A DNA stretch of 64,000 nucleotides from Longimicrobiales bacterium (GTDB lineage: Bacteria; Gemmatimonadota; Gemmatimonadetes; Longimicrobiales; Gaopeijiaceae). The notes beneath the pieces are model-generated. The model saw nothing but the letters and a program-made list of their open reading frames with translations, made no database searches and was not told where the DNA came from. The stretch is from contig OZ220732.1 of NCBI GenBank assembly GCA_965116905.1, forward strand, positions 2,848,001 through 2,912,000, in the 5' to 3' direction. The translations under genes and the position numbers were made by a program. Shown in pieces: positions 28,312 through 36,016 of the stretch; position 1 is the stretch's first letter; every line of letters begins with the position of its first letter.

Positions 28312-28321
28312 TTCCCATCGC

Positions 28322-29059
28322 ATGAGAGCGTACGAAATCGTCTACATCCTGGATTCTGCACTGGAACGGGAGGCCGTCGACGCGAAGCTCGACGCCTTCC
28401 ACCAGGTGCTTGGCGGTGACGTCACCGCCATCGACCATTGGGGTGTCCGGCAGCTGGCCTACCCCATACGGAAGTCGAAGACCGGCTACTACGTGATCGT
28501 CCATGTGGACGCCGATCCCACTGCCCTTCCCGAGTTCGAAAGGGTGGTCAAGCTGGACGAGGAGACCACCCGGTATCTGGTCGTCGTCAACGAAGGCCAG
28601 CCCACGACCGGTGCTTCACTGCTGGCGGACCGCCCCCCTCCGCCGAAGCCGGAAGACGATGGGGACGAGGCCGGGGACGGTGAGAGCGGCGGCGAGAGCG
28701 GCGGCGGTGAAGCCGGCGAGCGCGCGGGCGGGAACGGCGCGACCGGAACCGGTGAGGCTGCCGAGGCCTCGGCGGGCGACGCCACCGAAACCGACCAGCC
28801 CGCCGAACCGCCGCAGTCGACCGGTCCGCCGGAGTTTTCCGGGGCCCGGGGGCGCCGCCGCCGCCACGAGGGGCCGCCGATCGTGCTGCTCAACTACAAG
28901 GACGTGACGACGCTGGCCCGCTTCCTGACGGAACAGGGCAAGATCCTGCCCAAGCGAACCACCAAGGTCTCGGCCCGCTTCCAGAGGCGGCTCGGCACCG
29001 CCGTCAAGCGCGCGCGGCACATCGCCCTTCTCCCGTACATCAGGGATCACGAGGCCTGA
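28322..29059 (+). CDS. rpsF-rpsR: Fused 30S ribosomal protein S6-S18 (bS6, acidic Gly/Pro/Glu linker, Cys-less bS18)
   Basis: N-terminal MRAYEIVYIL...WGVRQLAYPIRK...GYY is S6. C-terminal NYKD...FLTEQGKILPKRTT...QRRLGTAVKRARHIALLPY is S18. One continuous 245-aa frame, directly upstream of rplI. Confidence 0.93.
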   Translation: MRAYEIVYILDSALEREAVDAKLDAFHQVLGGDVTAIDHWGVRQLAYPIRKSKTGYYVIVHVDADPTALPEFERVVKLDEETTRYLVVVNEGQPTTGASLLADRPPPPKPEDDGDEAGDGESGGESGGGEAGERAGGNGATGTGEAAEASAGDATETDQPAEPPQSTGPPEFSGARGRRRRHEGPPIVLLNYKDVTTLARFLTEQGKILPKRTTKVSARFQRRLGTAVKRARHIALLPYIRDHEA

Positions 29060-29063
29060 GGTC

Positions 29064-29519
29064 ATGAAGCTGATTCTGCGCGAAACCGTCGCCAGCCTGG
29101 GACAGGCCGGCGATGTCGTAAACGTGAAGCCCGGATACGCCCGCAACTACCTTTTGCCGCAGGGACTGGCGTACATGGCCTCGGCGGCCAACATCCAGCG
29201 GATCGAGGAGGAAGCCGTCCACCGGCAGGAGCGGATGCGCCGCGACTACCTGGAAGCCAACCGCCAGGCCTCGCAGCTGGAGGAAGTCACCGTGTCGGTG
29301 TCGGCGAGAGCCGGATCCGAGGGGCAGCTGTTCGGGTCGGTCAACGCCCGCGATGTCTGGAGTCTCGTTCAGGAGGCGGACATCGACTTTGAACTGGACA
29401 AGCGGGCCATTCTCCTCGCCGAGCCGATCAAGAGCATCGGCGAGCACATGGTGCCGGTGCGGCTGCAGTCGGGGGTGGAGACGGAGATCCGGGTCGTCGT
29501 GGAGGCCGAAGAAGGTTGA
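29064..29519 (+). CDS. rplI: 50S ribosomal protein L9
   Basis: LGQAGDVVNVKPGYARNYLLPQG, GQLFGSV, PIKSIG. Confidence 0.98.
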   Translation: MKLILRETVASLGQAGDVVNVKPGYARNYLLPQGLAYMASAANIQRIEEEAVHRQERMRRDYLEANRQASQLEEVTVSVSARAGSEGQLFGSVNARDVWSLVQEADIDFELDKRAILLAEPIKSIGEHMVPVRLQSGVETEIRVVVEAEEG

Positions 29520-29893
29520 CGGCTCCCCGGGCGGCCTCGGATACGCACCCGCACGTCCGCAGAGCCGTCCGCTACGCCCTGGAGAGGAAGGCGACCGAAG
29601 TCACGCTCCTCGACCTGCGTGACATCTCGTCGGCAACGGACTATTTCGTCATCGCCACGGGCCGCTCCGATGTACAGGTGCGGGCGATCGCCGAGCACAT
29701 TGTCGACAGCGCGAAGCGGGATGGGGCCCGTCCCGAGCACATCGAGGGCCTCGACCAGGGGCGCTGGGTGCTCCTGGACTACATCGACTACGTCGTGCAT
29801 GTCTTCCATCCGGCCGTGAGGGAGTTCTACCGGCTGGAATCGCTGTGGGGAGACGCGGTCGCAACCGTGTTCGGGCAGGACATGACGCAATGA
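29516..29893 (+). CDS. rsfS: Ribosome silencing factor RsfS (Iojap)
   Basis: ERKA, TDYFVIATG, WVLLDY, VHVF, REFYRLESLW. Confidence 0.95.
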   Translation: MTAPRAASDTHPHVRRAVRYALERKATEVTLLDLRDISSATDYFVIATGRSDVQVRAIAEHIVDSAKRDGARPEHIEGLDQGRWVLLDYIDYVVHVFHPAVREFYRLESLWGDAVATVFGQDMTQ

Positions 29894-32800
29894 GGCTCAA
29901 GTCGTTGGAGCTGCGTGGGTTCAAGTCCTTTCCCGATCCGACCAAAGTCACATTCCACGACGGGATCACGGCGATCGTGGGCCCCAATGGCTGCGGGAAG
30001 TCCAACATCGGCGACGCCATCCGCTGGGTCCTCGGCGAACAGCGTCCCACCGCGATTCGCGGCGCCAGGATGGAAGAGGCGATCTTCCAGGGGACGGTCT
30101 CGCGCCGGGCCCTCAACAGGGGCGCGGTGTCCATGGTGGTCACCAACGAGGACGGTGCGCTTCCGACCCCGTTTCAGGAGGTGGAGATAGGCAGGACGAT
30201 CTACCGGGACGGGGGCAGCTCCTATCGCCTGAACCGCTCTCCGTGCCGCCTGCGTGACATCGTGGACCTCTGCCGGGACACGGGCCTCGGGGCGAATGCC
30301 TACTCGATCATCGAGATCCGGATGATCGACGCCATCCTCTCGGAGCGCACCGACGAGCGGAGAGCGCTCTTCGAGGAGGCGGCGGGGATCGGCAAGTACA
30401 AGGACCGCCGCCGCGCGGCGATACGGCGACTGGAGACTTCCGAGGCGGATCTGCAGCGCCTGGAGGACGTGATCGGCGAAGTCCGCACCAAGGTGCGCTC
30501 GCTGGCCCGGCAGAAGGGCAAGGCCCAGCGTCACCGCGAGTTGCGCGCTAGGCGCCTGGCGGTGGAGATCGCGGTTGTGGGCTCCGACCTGGAGGAGATG
30601 CAGGCGCGCCTGACCCGGGTGGAACGCGAACTCGAACGCGACCACGACGAATCGGCCGGGATGGCGGCGCGCCTGGCGACCGCCGAAGCGGAGCTGGAGC
30701 GCGCCCGGCTCGCGCATGTCGAGGCCGAGAAGGTTCGCGTCGACGCCGCGGGGCGGCTGGACGCGGTGCGGACCAGACTGGCCAGGGTCGAACAGGAAAT
30801 CGCGGTGGCGGGGGAGCGGATCGGGAACGGCAAACGCCGTCTCGAGCAGATCACCGGTGAAGAGTCGTCCCTGGCCGCATTGAAGGCGCGGTCTGCGGAC
30901 GAGATCCTGACGCTGTGCCAGGAGCGGGACGAATGTCAATCGTCGTTGACATCATGTAAGGCAGAGTTGACATCGCGTCGACGCGCGGCGGCCGAAGCGA
31001 GGGGCCGCATGGAGGTGGCCCGCGACGAACTGGCGGTGGTGGAGCGGCGCAGCCGCGAGATCGCCAGGGCGGTCGCCCGGGTCGAGGGGGACCTCGACAG
31101 CGCACGCCTCCAGGCGGCCGAACTGGACGGCAGGCTCGAGCGCCTCACGGCCGACTCCCGGGCCGGAGCCGGGGCGCTCAGGGAACTTCGGTCGCAGGGA
31201 GATCTGTTCGTCGACCGCAGCAAGGACGCCTCCCGGCAGGTTGACCGCGCACGGCGCGACCTTGAACGGTCCCGGCGCCGTGAGACGATGCTGCGTGACC
31301 GGTTGCGGGGGGCCCGCGCAGCGGAATTGGAAGCCCGGACCCGCGTCGCGGCTCTCGAAACCGAGTTTGCGGCCGTGCAGCGCATGACGCTCGCGGAAGA
31401 GGGCGCAGAGGCGGTCGCCGCGGACGCGGCGGAAGCCTTCCCGGACTGCGTCGTGGGAACGCTGTCGGACTACGTTCAGGTACAGGGCGGCGCCGCGCGA
31501 ACCGTTGACGACGCCCTCGCCCGTTTCGGTCTCGCCCTGTTGGTCGGGAGCGGCGACGATGCCGAGCGCATCAGCCGCTGGTACCGGTCGGAGGCGGGCC
31601 GGGCCGCCCGGCTTGTACTGCTGCCCATGGAGGCGGTCCCGGAGCCGGAAGGCGCTCTGCCGCCGGGCGTGACCGCCGCGGGGGAGGGAGCGCCGTGGGT
31701 ACGCGCGCTGCTTGGCGGCGTCGCGTTTCAGGCACCGGGCTGGACCGACCTCCGGGGAGCCGTGCACCTGGTGCCGGACGGCGGCGCGGAGGGTCGGCTG
31801 GAGCGAAGGGAGCGCCTGGACGGGCTGGAGGCCGACGTACGGAAGGCCCGCGCCGAACTGGACGAGGCGAGCCGGGTCCGGAGCCACGTCGAGCGGGAGA
31901 GCCGCAACTGCGAGGGAGACGTCGATGCCCGGACCGAGGCCCTGCTGTCCAGCCGTGATGCGGCGAGGGCCGCCAGGGCGGAGGCGGAGGTTCAGAGCGG
32001 CCGCAGACAGCAGCTCGCGCAACATCAGGACGAGCTTGCGAGGCAGCTGGAGGGTACGCGCGCCGCACGGCAGCGGGCGGGACAGCGAGCAGCCGAGGCC
32101 GATGCGGAGAGGGCAGGGCTGCTCGAAGAGGAGAAGGCGCTGAGCGCGCGGCTGGAGGAATTGCGCTCGCTGCACGCGGCCGTCGACGCCGAATGGGAAC
32201 AGGCCCGCAACGCGGAATCGGAGACGGCGATCCGTCTTGCCCGCCTCGAAGGCGATTTCGAGCGCCTCGGCGACCGGATATCGGATGCAGAGAAGACGGT
32301 GGCCCGGACGGGGGACCGGATCACCGGGCTTGAACGGGAGGCGGAGTCCCATGAAAAGGAGATTGCCCGGGTCCGGGACGAGCGGGAGCGCGCGCTGACG
32401 GGGCTGGAGGACGTCTTCCGGCGGCGCGACGAGCTGCAAGGTGTACTCTCGCACCAGGACCGCCAGCTGCAGGCGGCGTCGGCCGAGGTGCTGAAGGTGG
32501 AGCGCAGCGTCGGCGAGATTCGGGACCTCGAGCGCACCTCGGTGGACCGGAAGCACCGGCTCGAGCTTGAGCGTCAGGACTTGCGGAATCGGGCTGCCCG
32601 GATCGGCGAGCGTCTCGAGACCGAATGGGGACGCCCGCTGGAGACGCTCCTCGATGAGGTCGAACCGGCGGAAGGCGACGCGGAAGAACTGCGCGACGAG
32701 CTGACCGACATCACGGCACGTCTCGCGCGGATCGGACCCGTGAATATGCTGGCGGTCGAGGAACACGAGGAAGAAAGCACGCGTCTGGACTTCCTGATCG

Positions 32801-33354
32801 GGCAACAGGAGGACCTGATGTCCGCACGCGACGACCTGCGGGCGGCCATACGGCGGATCAACGCCACGGCGACCGAGCTCTTCATGACGACGTTCGACGC
32901 GATCCGCGAGAACTTCCGGCGGACGTTCGAACATCTGTTCAGCGGAGGAGAAGCCAATCTCTGGCTTGCGGACGCGGACGACCCGCTGGAGTCACGCGTG
33001 GAGATTCACGCGGCGCCGAGGGGCAAGAAGACGCAGCGAATCGATCTGCTTTCCGGGGGGGAGAGGGCCCTCACCGCCCTTTCTCTGCTCTTCGGCATCT
33101 ACCTGGTCAAGCCGAGTCCGTTCTGCGTCCTGGACGAGGTGGACGCGCCTCTGGACGAGTCCAACATCGGCCGTTTCGTTCGCCTTCTGCAGGGCTTCAA
33201 GGCGGACACCCAGTTTGTCGTCATCACCCACAACCCGTGGACCATCGAGGCGGCCGACTGGATCTACGGCGTCACGATGGAGGAGCCGGGGGTGTCTTCG
33301 ATCGTGGGAGTGCGGCTCGAGGGACGCACGGAGGCCGCGGGTACGGCAGCTTGA
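29890..33354 (+). CDS. smc: Chromosome segregation protein SMC
   Basis: GFKSF, Walker A GPNGCGKSN, FEEAAG, long coiled coils, GPVN, LSGGE signature, LDEVDAPLD, ITHN, GVTMEEPGVS. Confidence 0.96.
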   Translation: MRLKSLELRGFKSFPDPTKVTFHDGITAIVGPNGCGKSNIGDAIRWVLGEQRPTAIRGARMEEAIFQGTVSRRALNRGAVSMVVTNEDGALPTPFQEVEIGRTIYRDGGSSYRLNRSPCRLRDIVDLCRDTGLGANAYSIIEIRMIDAILSERTDERRALFEEAAGIGKYKDRRRAAIRRLETSEADLQRLEDVIGEVRTKVRSLARQKGKAQRHRELRARRLAVEIAVVGSDLEEMQARLTRVERELERDHDESAGMAARLATAEAELERARLAHVEAEKVRVDAAGRLDAVRTRLARVEQEIAVAGERIGNGKRRLEQITGEESSLAALKARSADEILTLCQERDECQSSLTSCKAELTSRRRAAAEARGRMEVARDELAVVERRSREIARAVARVEGDLDSARLQAAELDGRLERLTADSRAGAGALRELRSQGDLFVDRSKDASRQVDRARRDLERSRRRETMLRDRLRGARAAELEARTRVAALETEFAAVQRMTLAEEGAEAVAADAAEAFPDCVVGTLSDYVQVQGGAARTVDDALARFGLALLVGSGDDAERISRWYRSEAGRAARLVLLPMEAVPEPEGALPPGVTAAGEGAPWVRALLGGVAFQAPGWTDLRGAVHLVPDGGAEGRLERRERLDGLEADVRKARAELDEASRVRSHVERESRNCEGDVDARTEALLSSRDAARAARAEAEVQSGRRQQLAQHQDELARQLEGTRAARQRAGQRAAEADAERAGLLEEEKALSARLEELRSLHAAVDAEWEQARNAESETAIRLARLEGDFERLGDRISDAEKTVARTGDRITGLEREAESHEKEIARVRDERERALTGLEDVFRRRDELQGVLSHQDRQLQAASAEVLKVERSVGEIRDLERTSVDRKHRLELERQDLRNRAARIGERLETEWGRPLETLLDEVEPAEGDAEELRDELTDITARLARIGPVNMLAVEEHEEESTRLDFLIGQQEDLMSARDDLRAAIRRINATATELFMTTFDAIRENFRRTFEHLFSGGEANLWLADADDPLESRVEIHAAPRGKKTQRIDLLSGGERALTALSLLFGIYLVKPSPFCVLDEVDAPLDESNIGRFVRLLQGFKADTQFVVITHNPWTIEAADWIYGVTMEEPGVSSIVGVRLEGRTEAAGTAA
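30933..30974. repeat. AT-rich tandem 21-bp imperfect palindromic repeat inside smc
   Basis: ATGTCAA-TCGTCG-TTGACATC (30933-30953) and ATGTAAG-GCAGAG-TTGACATC (30954-30974). Confidence 0.7.
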
Positions 33355-34124
33355 CCCCCTCGGTGACGGTCGTCGGATCCGGAACGCTCGTTCCGTCCGG
33401 TGAACGGTCTTCGCCGGCCCACCTGGTGGAGTCCGGCCCCACGCGCCTTCTGCTCGACGCGGGCCCCGGGACTGTTCACGGGCTGGCACGCCACGGCCTG
33501 CCCTGGTGGAAGATCACGCACGTCGTCTTCACCCACTACCATACCGACCACTTCGGCGATCTGCACCACCTCCTCTTTGCCATGAAATGGGCGTCTCCGG
33601 CACCCCGCAGCCGTCCGCTGCGGATCCTCGGACCGCCCGGGCTGGCCGAACGCGTCGAAGCGTTGCAGCGTGCGCACGGCGATTACATCGTCCGCCCCGG
33701 ATTCGACCTGGACTACGAGGAGGTCGCACGCTCCGGGATCTGGCACGAAACGGACGCGCCGCTGACGCTCCGATTCCATCCGGTGCCGCATACCGACAGT
33801 TCGGTCGCCGTGCGCGTCGAGATCGCCGGGCGGGCCGTGGGGTATACCGGGGATACGGGCCCGGACCGGACGCTGGGACCGTTTCTGCAAGGCGTGGACG
33901 TGCTGATCAGCGAGTGCGCACACCCCGACCCCGCGCCCCCGGGGTGCCACCTGTCACCGGCTTCGGTGGCCGCGATGGCCCGCCGTGCCGAACCGGGAGT
34001 CCTGGTGCTCACGCACATGTATCCCCCCCTCGACGCCTCGTCGGCCCCGTCCCTTGTGCGCAAGGCCGGCTACCGGGGCAACGTCGTCTGCGCCAGTGAC
34101 GGACAACGCTTTGGGCTCGAATAG
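33351..34124 (+). CDS. MBL-fold metallo-hydrolase, RNase Z/AtsA-like
   Basis: GSG, LLDAG, THYHTDH (HxHxDH), YTGDTG, SEC, LTHMYP. TTG start overlaps the smc stop. Confidence 0.88.
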   Translation: MTPSVTVVGSGTLVPSGERSSPAHLVESGPTRLLLDAGPGTVHGLARHGLPWWKITHVVFTHYHTDHFGDLHHLLFAMKWASPAPRSRPLRILGPPGLAERVEALQRAHGDYIVRPGFDLDYEEVARSGIWHETDAPLTLRFHPVPHTDSSVAVRVEIAGRAVGYTGDTGPDRTLGPFLQGVDVLISECAHPDPAPPGCHLSPASVAAMARRAEPGVLVLTHMYPPLDASSAPSLVRKAGYRGNVVCASDGQRFGLE

Positions 34125-34289
34125 GCGGTGGAGCCCGCACGGGTGGCCTACACGGGTGGACCTTTTCTCCCGTGTTGTTTACGATTCGCATTCCTTCCGG
34201 CCACCCCGCACAATCTTCGGCGGCGCAACCGGCTGCCCCCGCCGCCGCCCGGGGCCTTCGACACGTTCCTTGAAGGAGAGAAACCTGCC

Positions 34290-35372
34290 GTGCTGATCGT
34301 CATGGATCATCGGGCCACGCCCGAACAGATCGATCGAGTCGTGGACGTGATCGAAGAGATGGGGTACGGGGCCAAGCCGATGCCGGGACGGCAGCGGACC
34401 GCCATTGGACTCGTTGGAAACGATGGACGCGTGGAGTCGGCCAGGCTCGAAGGGCTCGAAGGCGTCCGCGAGGTGATCAAGGTCAGCAAGCCCTACAAGC
34501 AGGTCTCCAGGGAATGGAGGGAGGAGGACTCGGTCGTCACGCTCGGAAACGGCGTGGTCCTCGGGGGCAGGGGAGTCGTTCTGATGGCCGGGCCCTGCGC
34601 GGTCGAAGGGCGCGAGCAGATTCTGGACATCGCCGCGCAGGTGTGTGATCTGGGTGCCAGCGTGCTGCGCGGCGGGGCGTTCAAACCCCGGACCTCACCC
34701 TATTCGTTCCAGGGACTGGGCGTGCGCGGACTGGAACTGCTGGCGGAAGCCCGGGAGCGGACGGGCCTGGCCATCGTGACGGAGGCCGTCGAACCCGAGG
34801 GTGTCGCCGTCGTCGCCGAGTACGCCGACGTGATCCAGATCGGTGCGCGCAACATGCAGAACTACCCACTGCTCAAGCGCGCGGGCCGGGTCGGGAAGCC
34901 GGTGCTCCTCAAGCGCGGAATGTCGGCGACGATCACGGAGCTGCTGCTCGCGGCGGAGTACCTGCTCAACGAGGGAAACCCGGACGTCATCCTCTGTGAA
35001 CGAGGTGTTCGCAGCTTCGATCCGCAGACGCGAAACGTCTTCGACCTGACCGCGATCCCGCTCGTCAAGTCGTTGACGCACCTGCCGATCGTCGCCGACC
35101 CCAGTCACGGCACCGGCGTGCGCACCAAGGTCACGCCGATGGCCCGCGCTGCAGTGGCGGCCGGCGCGGACGGCCTGATCGTGGAGGTGCACCCCAACCC
35201 GCCGGAGGCGCTCTCGGATGGTGCCCAGAGCCTGTACCCGGAGCAGTTCGCGGAGCTGGTCGCCCACTGCGGTCCGATTGCGCGAGCCATCGGCCGGGGC
35301 CTGACCACGCTTCCGGGACCTGCGGTGGCCGGCGCCGGGGAAGCGGTCTCGGCCGCGAGCGCCTCGGTGTAG
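34290..35372 (+). CDS. aroF: 3-deoxy-7-phosphoheptulonate synthase (DAHP synthase, type I-beta with N-terminal ACT-like domain)
   Basis: [50 protein letters not shown] start after SD AAGGAG. Confidence 0.95.
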   Translation: MLIVMDHRATPEQIDRVVDVIEEMGYGAKPMPGRQRTAIGLVGNDGRVESARLEGLEGVREVIKVSKPYKQVSREWREEDSVVTLGNGVVLGGRGVVLMAGPCAVEGREQILDIAAQVCDLGASVLRGGAFKPRTSPYSFQGLGVRGLELLAEARERTGLAIVTEAVEPEGVAVVAEYADVIQIGARNMQNYPLLKRAGRVGKPVLLKRGMSATITELLLAAEYLLNEGNPDVILCERGVRSFDPQTRNVFDLTAIPLVKSLTHLPIVADPSHGTGVRTKVTPMARAAVAAGADGLIVEVHPNPPEALSDGAQSLYPEQFAELVAHCGPIARAIGRGLTTLPGPAVAGAGEAVSAASASV

Positions 35373-35423
35373 CCGAAAGTCCCATCCAGCCATGTAGGCG
35401 CCCACGTCGCGGGCCCAGCTTGC

Positions 35424-35798
35424 ATGGCGATGAAGAACGACCGGTGGGGACTGGGGCGGCGTGGCGAAGCCGTGGCTGCGGATTATCTGCGGGAACGGGG
35501 ATGGGTGCTGCTGGCGCGCAACTTCAGAGCCGGCCCCAAGGAGTTGGATCTCGTTGCGGCGCGCGGCGGGATCGTAGCCTTCGTAGAGGTGAAGACACGC
35601 TCCACGGCGACGGGAGGCACGCCTCTGGAGCCGATTCGGGCGCTCAAGCGGAGGGCGGTCGAAGCGGCCGCCCGCCGATGGATCCACGAACACGGCAGGC
35701 CGGGGGTCGCGTACCGCTTCGACGCGATCGCGGTGGACATGACCGGAGGCACGGCGCGGGTCGAGCACATTCCGGACGCGTGGCGCCCCGGCACATAG
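35424..35798 (+). CDS. yraN: YraN family putative endonuclease (UPF0102)
   Basis: LGRRGE, RNFR, ELDLV, FVEVKTR, RFD. Confidence 0.92.
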   Translation: MAMKNDRWGLGRRGEAVAADYLRERGWVLLARNFRAGPKELDLVAARGGIVAFVEVKTRSTATGGTPLEPIRALKRRAVEAAARRWIHEHGRPGVAYRFDAIAVDMTGGTARVEHIPDAWRPGT

Positions 35799-35840
35799 CC
35801 CCGGCGGGCGCCAGGGTGCACCGGAGACCGTGGCGCTCCG

Positions 35841-35870
35841 TTGACGCCCCCTCCCGGACCCGGGTAGCTT
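35841..35870 (+). promoter_or_regulatory. sigma70-type promoter of the SRP RNA
   Basis: TTGACG (35841-46), 18-nt spacer, TAGCTT (35865-70), ending 5 nt before the SRP terminal stem. Confidence 0.55.
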
Positions 35871-35875
35871 TGGCC

Positions 35876-35975
35876 GTGCCCCAGGTCCGCGGGACCGGAA
35901 CCCATGAACCCCGTCAGGACCCCGCAGGTAGCAGCGGTAAGTGCGGTGAACGTCGCCGCGGAGTGCCTGGGGCAC
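35876..35975 (+). ncRNA. ffs: Small bacterial SRP RNA (4.5S RNA) with an atypical apical loop
   Basis: 10-bp terminal stem GTGCCCCAGG/CCTGGGGCAC. Domain IV core TCAGG-ACC-loop-GGT-AGCAGC. About 100 nt long and directly upstream of dnaX-ybaB-recR, the usual ffs location in many phyla. Confidence 0.88.
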
Positions 35976-36016
35976 CTCGCGCCCCGTCCGGCCAACCGTG
36001 AGTCCACGCCGCCACC

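Noticed and set aside
27218..28321. Apparent long N-terminal extension of the S6-S18 ORF (613 aa)
   Set aside because: It is antisense to the aldolase gene. The real start is the ATG at 28322, after the SD and leader.
30931..30975. Canonical chromosomal dif site
   Set aside because: The arms resemble XerD half-sites, but there is no XerC-type ATAA arm and it lies inside a gene. Kept only as an unexplained element.
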